From assembly GCA_003486675.1 (NCBI GenBank), contig DNGG01000154.1, forward strand, positions 95-64,094: a stretch of 64,000 bases of DNA, written 5' to 3'. This document shows positions 19,491-29,000 of the stretch, piece by piece. The stretch comes from Cyanobacteria bacterium UBA11372. GTDB taxonomy: Bacteria > Cyanobacteriota > Cyanobacteriia > Cyanobacteriales > Aerosakkonemataceae. Position 1 is the stretch's first letter. Each line of letters starts with the position of its first letter. Both the position numbers and the translations under genes were made by a program. Below the pieces are notes generated by a model, which saw only the letters and a program-made list of their open reading frames with translations, ran no database searches and was not told where the DNA came from.

Positions 19491-21653
19491 TTACTGACAG
19501 ATTCCTATTATTTGTTTTGAACCATAAGGTTCGATTTGGCCTCCGTAGATAGCCGATATCGATCGCACCACGGCTCCCTGGCAGTCCTTAACCGTTAGCC
19601 TGTGAACTGAATTAACGTAGCTTAACTCTGGCGGATATATGTCATTGTAGTCTATCAACCCTAAATCCCTAAGCATAGACTGCTTACCAGAGTAGTACCT
19701 TTCCTGATAGCCTCTGAGATAAATATTACCTCTGCATCCTGTAGTGCTTATGCTGTAAGCGTTTGCCAAGTCCGTACTGTCCACAAACGCGCTAATTGCG
19801 ATAATCGATGCATTCTGGTTTCCAATGGCAGACAGTGACTTCAATTTTATTCCCTTGCCTGGCAGCGTGGACTCTCCACTCGGACTGCTCGTGACTCCAT
19901 CAAATGGCGCAAGGCATACTCGGACTTCTTCAATTTTTCCACCTTGTTTAATTAAGTTGCTAAACGACCCCCAATTTGTCCCGATCTGCACAGCTTGAGA
20001 AGCATTGAAGCCTAGCCTGTAGTTACTACCTGTTTCCGAATCTAACTGAATATTGACATATTGGCTGTTGATGTTAGTTGAAATATATTGGGGAAGATTT
20101 GGTGGAAGCTGACCAGAGGTATAAGTATAATTAAATAGCGCTGTTTTCCAATCCTCTGGTGTTGCAACTGGCAAGTTAGGATTTGAATAGGCTTGTTTTA
20201 ACAAAGAGTTCCCGGCAATTGTCGCGTCAATAATTTTGCACCATTGGTTGTTGCGCCTACCCGCGATCGCGCGCACAAAGCTCTTTTCAGTTCCTGTTGC
20301 TACTAGGTAAGCTTGGAATGGATCGCTGTAATTAAAAGTGTGAATTTTGAGTTTTTTGTCTTTGGTGGGAAAGAACGACCATATCTGGCGGCTGCGCTTT
20401 TCTTTTGGGTAGGGGCAGGCGACGGGACTGCTTCCTCTTCCTGGATCTTGGCAAGTGTCGTCCTTTGAGTTGAACGGACTACATATTATTGCTGCGTGAT
20501 TTTGGAATAAAGTCACGCCTTGAATGTTAATTCCTCCTATACTTGACGGGGGCTGCGGTGGCTCCATGCTGCTGCTAAAATTGTTTGCCGGAACATATTT
20601 GTAAACAAAATAATATAAGTAAGCGATATCATTTCCAGAGAACCAATATCCTGGGCTTCCTTGTATCCAAATATCGCTTGCCGCGACACTGTACAGAAAC
20701 CATCCGTTCTCGTCTACTACCCTACTAGCCCCAGTGGAGATTTCATTTTTTTGCGACACCAGGATTGCGCCGGGTGGATACCTCGCCTCATCCAAACGTG
20801 CCACCATTGGTAGATAGTAATAAACCCAAAATGCGCCAGGAGGTACAGAAGCAAAAGGAAATTCCGATGGCCTTGCTCTGACGTAGCTTGCTGGGGCAAG
20901 GTGGTCAACTAAAAGCATATTTGCTGAATCACAGGTGCCTGCTTGGGAGTGATAGAATAGCCCGCCCTGAATAGGCCCATATTGCCAGCTAATACCAGAA
21001 GGGGTTCCCACGCGATAACCCGCATATATCACTACATATCCGCCATGCCCATCTTCTCCTTCTGGATCGGGCCAAGGGGGTTGTGGCGCGGCAAGACACT
21101 CTTGCAGTGTTGCGTATTTACCTGTGCCGTCACATACAGGTAAGCATCTATTGCCTACGCGATTGTAGGTGGAGCAGGTGCAAGGAACTCGTTCCTGCTG
21201 AACAGTCTCGTACAGAATTGCCAGGGATGACTCCTGCTTCTCTTCGCAAGAACAGGGTACAGGTGTATTACCGTTGTACAACAACTGCACTAAATATAAT
21301 GCATGAGCAGGATCTTCGATTGACGTTTGCTCTCTTGGTGGTTTTGGCTTCACGGGTGGGGCGGGCATTTGATTGGCGGTGGCGAAACCTTCCGGAGATC
21401 GCAACCCCAGTATGCGCTGCCCAGGTAGGATCTGCCCATCAGTAATTACTTCGCTACCTCGATAAATCGATCCATCGCTATTTCGCAGAATAGCTCGACC
21501 GCTAGCCGCATCCCGCCCAAGCCAGTCAGCGCTGAAAACTTGGTTGTCTGCAAGAGAGCGATCGCGATCGCGAATACGACGCGATCGCTGCATCTGGTTT
21601 AGCAGTCGTCTTCGCCTGATTAAGTAGTTTGTGTCTTGAGTTGGATCGGTCAT
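19491..21653 (-). CDS. Putative minor tail protein, Cys/Pro rich
   Basis: 720-aa ORF in tail region; repeated VPC(S/T)C motif. Confidence 0.55.
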   Translation of the reverse strand: MTDPTQDTNYLIRRRRLLNQMQRSRRIRDRDRSLADNQVFSADWLGRDAASGRAILRNSDGSIYRGSEVITDGQILPGQRILGLRSPEGFATANQMPAPPVKPKPPREQTSIEDPAHALYLVQLLYNGNTPVPCSCEEKQESSLAILYETVQQERVPCTCSTYNRVGNRCLPVCDGTGKYATLQECLAAPQPPWPDPEGEDGHGGYVVIYAGYRVGTPSGISWQYGPIQGGLFYHSQAGTCDSANMLLVDHLAPASYVRARPSEFPFASVPPGAFWVYYYLPMVARLDEARYPPGAILVSQKNEISTGASRVVDENGWFLYSVAASDIWIQGSPGYWFSGNDIAYLYYFVYKYVPANNFSSSMEPPQPPSSIGGINIQGVTLFQNHAAIICSPFNSKDDTCQDPGRGSSPVACPYPKEKRSRQIWSFFPTKDKKLKIHTFNYSDPFQAYLVATGTEKSFVRAIAGRRNNQWCKIIDATIAGNSLLKQAYSNPNLPVATPEDWKTALFNYTYTSGQLPPNLPQYISTNINSQYVNIQLDSETGSNYRLGFNASQAVQIGTNWGSFSNLIKQGGKIEEVRVCLAPFDGVTSSPSGESTLPGKGIKLKSLSAIGNQNASIIAISAFVDSTDLANAYSISTTGCRGNIYLRGYQERYYSGKQSMLRDLGLIDYNDIYPPELSYVNSVHRLTVKDCQGAVVRSISAIYGGQIEPYGSKQIIGICQ

Positions 21654-21708
21654 CGTAGGATTTTAGATTTTAGATTTAGCTACTTACACCCTTGTTCTTA
21701 TTTTTTGA

Positions 21709-22407
21709 TTAAGCTTGGCTAAATCGCAATTTAAGCTTATACTCTTTACTTTGTCCCGCGGGTAGACTAATCAATACAGGTGAACTACCATCACTGCTGC
21801 GCTGTTCAAGGATCGTTGCCAACATGCCATTGGCGTACTTTAAGTAGAAAATTCCCGTCCCTGTGGTGGATAAATCAACTGCCGTTAGGCCATCTGCGGA
21901 GATCTGAAATGTACCAGACGTGATGCCAAATGCTTGATATATAGCTGTACCAGATAGCGGCGAGGGCAGCGTTGCCCCTGCCTCCGGAACGATCATAATC
22001 GAATCACCGTTGGACAGTCCGTGGCTTGCCAGCGTAATTACGTTGGTGCTGGTGTTGATGGCACTAGGGGTTAAGCTTCTAGGTTTGTTAGCACTCCCTC
22101 CAACCAAAGTGAATAATTGATAAAATTCCACCGAAGTTGTTGCCGTCATCGTAATCGTGACGTCAGGAGTTTCCCATTTAAAAATCAGTGGATTATATGC
22201 TCCAACCGAAGTCAGCGTTCCTGTCCCTCTTTCAATTAAAACTGATTCTTTGGCGATTACTTGCGCCTTGGTAGAGTCGGTTGCTGACAGCAGCCCTGGT
22301 ACTCCACCAGCAGGATCTACGACGCACAGCCTGATTGGAACATTTAAATATATTTGCCTTAAAAATACTTCGTATTGATTTAAGTGTACGCTTTGTTGAA
22401 CCGCCAT
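21709..22407 (-). CDS. Putative tail structural protein
   Basis: TNVITLASHGLSNGD...TFQIS beta-repeat of a type seen in phage tail proteins. Confidence 0.55.
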   Translation of the reverse strand: MAVQQSVHLNQYEVFLRQIYLNVPIRLCVVDPAGGVPGLLSATDSTKAQVIAKESVLIERGTGTLTSVGAYNPLIFKWETPDVTITMTATTSVEFYQLFTLVGGSANKPRSLTPSAINTSTNVITLASHGLSNGDSIMIVPEAGATLPSPLSGTAIYQAFGITSGTFQISADGLTAVDLSTTGTGIFYLKYANGMLATILEQRSSDGSSPVLISLPAGQSKEYKLKLRFSQA

Positions 22408-22408
22408 T

Positions 22409-25210
22409 TCATCCCTCCTGTAAATATAGATACCCGAGTCCGCTGGTGGCATTGCCCGTAATAGTTAATTTTACCCAGGTAGGTATTGCATACAAATGCC
22501 CTGGATGGTGGTCCATTATACCTACCTCTATTGGCGCATACCCGCTAATAAATCTGCCAGGATTGTTATCGTCTCCTACGGAAATCGTTACGCTCGCAGA
22601 GAAGGCTGTGACGACAATAATCCTAATTTGCTCTACCAACCTTGATTCCCTGATCCAAATCGTGGTTGGTGAGCTAAACGAGAATTCTACGCGCGATCGC
22701 GGTAATACTCGTTCGTCTGTGAGCGCGATCGCTTCTATAGCGATTTCGGCGATCGCCTCTTCGGTTGGCAATGGATCGTCAGCAAAGAGATCGAATTCGA
22801 TGTCTGCGATCGCTTCCTCAACAACTTTGTCGTCTGTATCGAATACGATATCGGCGATCGCAATTTCCGCCTCAAAAACCATCACATCCCGATCGAAGGC
22901 GATCGGCTCTATAGCGATCGTAGATTCAATCGGAACTATTGCGTCAAATGGCGGCTGGAAGATTTCGACAGGATAGGTAGCTACACCGGGCGCGATCGCT
23001 ACTGCACTGTTGCCTATTGGTTGTACGGAAATCTCTTCGGCACCGGGCGGCGCGTCAGCCGTTACGCGCACCGTGGCGCCACCAATCGTTAATATCGTAC
23101 CCCGCTCCAGCCATCCAGTTAGTCGCGCAACGCTAATCGCTGTTATCTGCCCTAAAGAAGCCGTCGCAGATTGCATCACCTGAACCGACTGAGTGCCCGT
23201 GGTAATTTCTCCTAATACCCCCCCTCCGCCACACCACAAACCGTCCAAACTGCAAACGCACTCGGTTTTTGTTAGCACAATCGCAAAAGCGTCGGCGACG
23301 TAGCGGTACTTGATACCTTCCTCGTTGAGCGTAAACGGTATCAGCGGCTTGTAATCGCTCCAGTCGTCGGGAGAGTCCGAGATCTCTACGCCCTCATATC
23401 TACCCCAGTCCAAGCTCATCAAATTTCGCCCGACCATTTCTGCTTGCGATCGCCAAGCAATTTCACCGCCTTGGATGGGAAACTCTAGCCTGTAAGTTTT
23501 TGGTGGCGGGGAAAAACTTGACGCTAAAAAAGGCGATCGCACAACTATCTCCACGTCTTTTTGGCTTTGTGAGATTTGATACAGTGGCGGGGCTGTTTCT
23601 GGTGCGGGAGGTTGAGTGGTTCCTGAATTGCTGATTGTAATCCTGTTTTCTTGGGTTACAAGATCCGCAAAAATATCCCCACTTGAATAAATCTCCCTCC
23701 TTTCCTCCTCTATTTTTTTCCACAGTTCATCTGCGGCGGCGGAATCGTGACTAGCCCAAGAGACTCGGCTTAACTCTTGCTTAATGTAGTCAGAACCATC
23801 TTTTCGCCAAACTTGGTCGTTGGTCTCAGCAACTACCAAATAGTCTCCTCTAGCCATTGGTCGCTGAGATGTAATCTTTTCCGACTCGGCAAATATGGCA
23901 CCACGCAGTTTGCGCTTAATCACGCTTATCCTCTGTGTTACTATCTGCTCCTCTTGTTGTTTTTCCAACGCCTGTACTTGTATGCCGTCTCCCACGGATG
24001 GCGGGCTAGAGTTCAACGGCTTGATGCCATGATTGTCGGACGCATACTCGTACACTTCTATTTCCTCGTAGGCGGGAATTAATTGCGTGTAATCTATATA
24101 AATTTTCGCTTTTCCAAAAGTTGGAGATACATAAGTAATCATTTTATCTTCTTTGTCTAATTCGTGCTGAAGTATCCACTCTTTTAAGGCAACTCCATAA
24201 GGCTGAAAAACTGTTACCGTTTTCTTTTTTAAAATCTTTTCAATTCCATCTTTGCAGTCATCATCTTGCCCAGGCATCAAAGCGTTTATTGGTGGCGTTC
24301 CTATTTTTTTTTCTTGATATTCCCACTCTTCAAGTTTGTATCCAGAAGGCATAAAAAATGGGAACTCAAAATACCAAGGCATTATATTGTTCGCTAGTTC
24401 TTTGGTGAAAGTTTCAATAGTTCTTTTTTTACCGTCGAATTTTTCCACTGTAAGGCTTTTTCCAGTCATGCCGTCGCTAACAAGAATTGTTTCTTGATTC
24501 AGTTTTTTCTTGCTTATCTGCATTAAATTAGCGCTAATTTTTATACTTGCAGGCGGAATGTCGCCAGAACTCATGCGGTCATAATCTTTGATTTCATCTA
24601 GTTTTTTGGTAAAAGTGGAAGGCTTGCTGCTCCACAAATCTACGCGCACTGCCCGCACGCTTTCGTTTTTGTCTACGTACAAAGCATATCCCATTTCCCA
24701 AGCAATCTTGCCACAGGTTTGGATTAAGTTACCACTTTGTGGAGGGAAATAAACCACCCCTGGAATAGAATCAATCAATGGCGGCGCGCCCGCTTTGGCT
24801 AACAACAAGTTAATAACTGTAGTGACAGGGGTAGGTGTCCCCAAGCAATTGCTTGCGCTTGATTCGTCTTGATCCTGCTCTAATAGCGTTAAGAGGTCGC
24901 ATAGTTGCAAGGTTAGAATCCGTTGCTTCAAATTGTAATGTCTACCCCTAATTCTTAAAATACCTCTGGGGATAATTGTACCATCAACCGTTGCTACAAC
25001 GCGATTCTTTTTAGCAAAGTTGGTATTTAGTCTACTGTCTAATGTCGTCGCGATATTTGCTGTTGCTTGCAATTTAAGGCTACCCTGTGTTGATATTATT
25101 CCAGAGTCATTTACTGAAGCGTCACCAGCTTCGTAATAAATCAGATACTCCGAAAAGTCTATCCCATTTATTACGACCGAATGCTGGCGACTGGAAATAT
25201 TTAACAGCAT
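22409..25210 (-). CDS. Putative tail hub/baseplate protein
   Basis: 933-aa ORF two genes after TMP; LTLQLCDLL hub-like N-terminus; HIP1-rich acidic insert. Confidence 0.6.
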   Translation of the reverse strand: MLLNISSRQHSVVINGIDFSEYLIYYEAGDASVNDSGIISTQGSLKLQATANIATTLDSRLNTNFAKKNRVVATVDGTIIPRGILRIRGRHYNLKQRILTLQLCDLLTLLEQDQDESSASNCLGTPTPVTTVINLLLAKAGAPPLIDSIPGVVYFPPQSGNLIQTCGKIAWEMGYALYVDKNESVRAVRVDLWSSKPSTFTKKLDEIKDYDRMSSGDIPPASIKISANLMQISKKKLNQETILVSDGMTGKSLTVEKFDGKKRTIETFTKELANNIMPWYFEFPFFMPSGYKLEEWEYQEKKIGTPPINALMPGQDDDCKDGIEKILKKKTVTVFQPYGVALKEWILQHELDKEDKMITYVSPTFGKAKIYIDYTQLIPAYEEIEVYEYASDNHGIKPLNSSPPSVGDGIQVQALEKQQEEQIVTQRISVIKRKLRGAIFAESEKITSQRPMARGDYLVVAETNDQVWRKDGSDYIKQELSRVSWASHDSAAADELWKKIEEERREIYSSGDIFADLVTQENRITISNSGTTQPPAPETAPPLYQISQSQKDVEIVVRSPFLASSFSPPPKTYRLEFPIQGGEIAWRSQAEMVGRNLMSLDWGRYEGVEISDSPDDWSDYKPLIPFTLNEEGIKYRYVADAFAIVLTKTECVCSLDGLWCGGGGVLGEITTGTQSVQVMQSATASLGQITAISVARLTGWLERGTILTIGGATVRVTADAPPGAEEISVQPIGNSAVAIAPGVATYPVEIFQPPFDAIVPIESTIAIEPIAFDRDVMVFEAEIAIADIVFDTDDKVVEEAIADIEFDLFADDPLPTEEAIAEIAIEAIALTDERVLPRSRVEFSFSSPTTIWIRESRLVEQIRIIVVTAFSASVTISVGDDNNPGRFISGYAPIEVGIMDHHPGHLYAIPTWVKLTITGNATSGLGYLYLQEG

Positions 25211-26004
25211 CAGGCTTCCTGTAGGCTAAAAGTGGCTTTATAAATTCTATCTTTGCTCTCTTTATTGTAGCTGTATTTAGGAAACTCAGATATTAATCCC
25301 TGTGCCATCAAGCTAGCGCCCATCGTCGTGTCTGCGATTGCGATCCTCGGATCTTGCCTTAGATAGCAAGCCGCATTGTATGCTGTTAAAATTCCCTCTA
25401 GCGCTACCCGTTCGGCAGGGGTGAGATTGGCAGCGATCGACCAGATATATTTACCGCGCCAAGGTGGCCCCGTGACGATCGTCGCGCCTAGTATAGCGTA
25501 TTCAATTTTTGGTACGGTTTCTTGGATAAAGTAGCGCGGGAACTTTTCCTCCATGAAGCGCTGAGAGATCGACAGCGATAGTCCAGAGAAAGAAAGTGCG
25601 ATCGCGCCATTGAGATATGCGTCGTCGGTGGCCTGATTGTACTCTCTCAACACCGCTGAAATGCGAATAAATCGGCCTTCCTCGAAGAACTCTGGCGGCT
25701 TCTCAAACCAAGCGAAAAATGTCAGTCCGGGTTCGTTTAACCCCGCTCTGGTGGCGTCGGTTACAGTTAGCTTGCAGTCCTCTCCCGCTGTGAATTTCTG
25801 CAAGAATTGCAAGTAGATGCTATTGAATTTAACCGCCTCTTCCAACGGTAGCAGGGCATTAATCGTTATGACATTTTTAGGGGAATACGCTGCGTCTTCC
25901 TGAAAGCTACCAGAAGGATCGGTATATTTGCGCGGGTAAGCGTTTTCGGTGAATTTATGTACCCGTACAGAGTTGCTATTGATGCTAATTTCTATGTAAG
26001 TCAT
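25210..26004 (-). CDS. Putative distal tail protein with two internal repeats
   Basis: Immediately after TMP; KFTENAYPRKY and RFMEEKFPRYF halves. Confidence 0.55.
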   Translation of the reverse strand: MTYIEISINSNSVRVHKFTENAYPRKYTDPSGSFQEDAAYSPKNVITINALLPLEEAVKFNSIYLQFLQKFTAGEDCKLTVTDATRAGLNEPGLTFFAWFEKPPEFFEEGRFIRISAVLREYNQATDDAYLNGAIALSFSGLSLSISQRFMEEKFPRYFIQETVPKIEYAILGATIVTGPPWRGKYIWSIAANLTPAERVALEGILTAYNAACYLRQDPRIAIADTTMGASLMAQGLISEFPKYSYNKESKDRIYKATFSLQEA

Positions 26005-26010
26005 ATTATG

Positions 26011-29000
26011 TCATGAATTCATCATAGCCGAGCTATTTATATCTCTCATAATTGAGATGCTATCGTTGACGGGTGCAGGCGATGATACATGCAGGCTACC
26101 AACGCTTGGCCTATTGGCTAATTTTTCAATGCGATCGCCTAGTTCCTCCAGTACCGAAACAACGTTTTGATTGTTGAGCATCGCGTTAGATTGAGTCCTC
26201 GCTATTTCTAGTGGATTCACATTCCTAAGTTTATCTGCTAATTTGGCTAAGTGTTCCATCCCAAAGTTTTGTAAAGCTTCAAAAAAGAAGGGATTATTTC
26301 GTTGAGTTCCAAGTGCTAATTGCAGCAAATTCCGTTGCTGCGACTGTGCGTCTTTATTTTCTTGGATTACCTTAGAGTAACTATCCATTGCTTCGCGGTG
26401 CATGGTGTCCTCTTTGCTGCCCATAATAAAAAACCGACCATTGCTTTGACCGCTACTTCCTCCGTTGCCGTCACTCTTGGACTTGCTCGCCCCAGCAATA
26501 CCTTTAGCCGCAACTTCTGCTCTTTCCAAAGCCTGCGCTTGTTCCCGCGCTTTTTCGGCGCTCTTAGATTGATTTGCTACCATTTGTTGCTGGATAGTAA
26601 GTCGCTGTCGTTCCAAATCAGCAGTCTCGCGGACTGCTAGTAGGTTCTCATTGGCAAGCTGAATACCTATTTCAGCTTGCTGTCGCTGCTGTTGTGCGAT
26701 CGCGTACTGAAATTCGGCTTGCTGAATGCGATCGCTGTCACCAGATGCCATTTCTTTCGCTTGATTTAGCTTGGCTTCATACTCAGCTTGCTGGGCTTTT
26801 TGAAGGGTTATCTGAGCCTCCATAAGCCCTATTTTCGCAGTTAGTTCGTTACGCTTAGTTTCAATTTCTAACTGGCGACGCGCGATTTCCTCTTCCTGCA
26901 ACCTTGCTTCAATTCGTCGCCGCGCCAACTCATCCTCAATCTGCTGTTTGACGAGGACGCCTTGCTCAAAATTGCTACCCGGTTGCAGTCCCGCGCCTCG
27001 TATTTGCGCCTCTAGGGCTTGTCTAACTCGCGAATCGATATTCTCCTCATCTTGCAGGCGCTTCATGGCTTCCAACGCCCGCGAGGTAGCTTCTAGTTTG
27101 CCTTCTTGGTCGCTAATACCTGCATCGGAAACTGCTTTTTGCAAGTTTGCTCGTGCTTCTATTAAACCCTTTTGCAAGTCAAGGGCTTTAAGTACTCGTT
27201 CCTGTGCGGACTTTTCAGCTTCAGCACTGGCGATCGCAGCTTCAGCGGTTCGCTTAGCATCAGCGATCTGTTGGTTGGCTTTTGCTTCTGCCGCTTTACG
27301 ATTATTTTCTATTAGCGATCGCTCGTTGTCGTACAGCGCTTTATTCGCTTCGTTGAGCGCTTTTTGTCTTTCGATTCGGAGATCTTCAGGAGTACTCGCA
27401 GATGTTTTGGCAGCGTCGGAGGCGGCTCGTTGTTGCTTAATGAGCAGGGTTTCACGTTCTGCCAATAAAGTATTTCGTTCTTGTTCGATCCTAAAAACTT
27501 CCTGATTAAAGGTTATGCCCGTTCGCAGTAACATTACCTCTTGGCTTTGTAGTTCAATTCCCCTTTGCTGTGCCTCTAACTCAATCTGAGCTATTTCTAA
27601 CTCCTTCTCCTTCATCTTTCTAGATTGCTCGTTTTCTAGTATTGCGCGGGTGTTTCCTTGCACAGCCTTTTTTGCTTCATTTACATCCACAACTCGTTTG
27701 AAGCGAATTTCTTGAGGGATGTTTGCTGGTAGATCAGCTAGCAACTTTTCGGCGGTTCTCTGTTTTAAGAGCAAGCCTTCTCTCTCTGACAGCAATCGAT
27801 TTCTGTCTGAGTCTAATTTTAATAACTCAGAATTTAAAGGCAAACCGGATCGTAAGATTGCTAATTCTTTTTCTCCAGATTCTAGTTCGCGCTGACTGGC
27901 TTCAGCCTGCAATCGGGACATTTCTATCTCCTGTCGCCGATCGCGGGTAGACGCGACGTTCTTAGCTAGCGCCGATCGATTTTGAGCGATGCGGGTTAGC
28001 AAATCTTCTTCTGCCTTCAAAAGGTTGTTGCGTTCGGCGGACTCGCGATCGCCTAATTGGCGCTGAGGCAGTACGGCAAGCTTTTCTCGCGTACCCTGTA
28101 ACTGATCTGCGAGCGCTCGCTGCTCTGCCTGCAAACTAGCGCGCTCTTGTTGTAGTTGGGCGATGGAATCGCTCAGCCCGCCAGATCCTTCGAGCGTTGA
28201 GGCTTCCTGTTCAGCAAGGCGTCGGCGAGCGCGTGCAGCAGCTAGATCTGATTCTTGTTCCCTACCTTCAATCCGCCGCTCAATTCCCGCGATCGCTAGC
28301 TGGTTGTTAGTCCGGATCGATTCCGCTTCATTTTCGTACAACTGGCGCTGGATAGTGTCTAGTTGTTTCATCGCTTCAATTCGGCGAGCGTCATCGCTTT
28401 CCGGAATCGCCGCTAACCGCCTCTCTGCGTCAGCTTGTTTTTCTAGCAATCCGTTCCGCGCAAGTTGTAACCTCGCTAAGTCCTGCTGTAATTTCAGCCT
28501 GCCTTGGTCTATTTGCTGGCCTGACTTTAGCGCCTCTAGATTTTTACGAGCAAACTCTGTTTCCGATTGTCCACCCTTCAAATCGATCTCCGATCCGCCC
28601 AACTCCAGTAGTTTTTCTCTCTTTTGAAAAGCGTTCTCTGCTAGCTTGCCACGGTTTTGCTCAAATTGCAGATCTAACTGCGCTAGCTGCTTTTGTAAGT
28701 TCAGTCGCTCGCGCTTCTCCTGATCGGGTGAATATTTTAGTCGGGGGATATCGGCAAGGCGCTGTGCAGTTAGTTGGCGCTGGCTTCTGATTCTGTCTTG
28801 CTCAAGAGTTAAATTTTCCCGATCTAAATCTAGTCGAGCTAAAGGACTGATGCTACCAACAGCCTCTAAAAAGTCAGACTCCTTGCGCGCTAAGGCGACT
28901 TGATTTTTTGAAGTATCTAGCTCTAGCTCTGCCTCTTTAAGGTTAATCAATTCCGCGATCGCGTCCCGTTGTTGCTGAATTTTTTGGATTTCATTATCGA

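Noticed and set aside
22335-22976. 213-aa plus-strand ORF as a real gene
   Set aside because: Antisense shadow of the tail gene, kept open by palindromic HIP1 (AIA) codons
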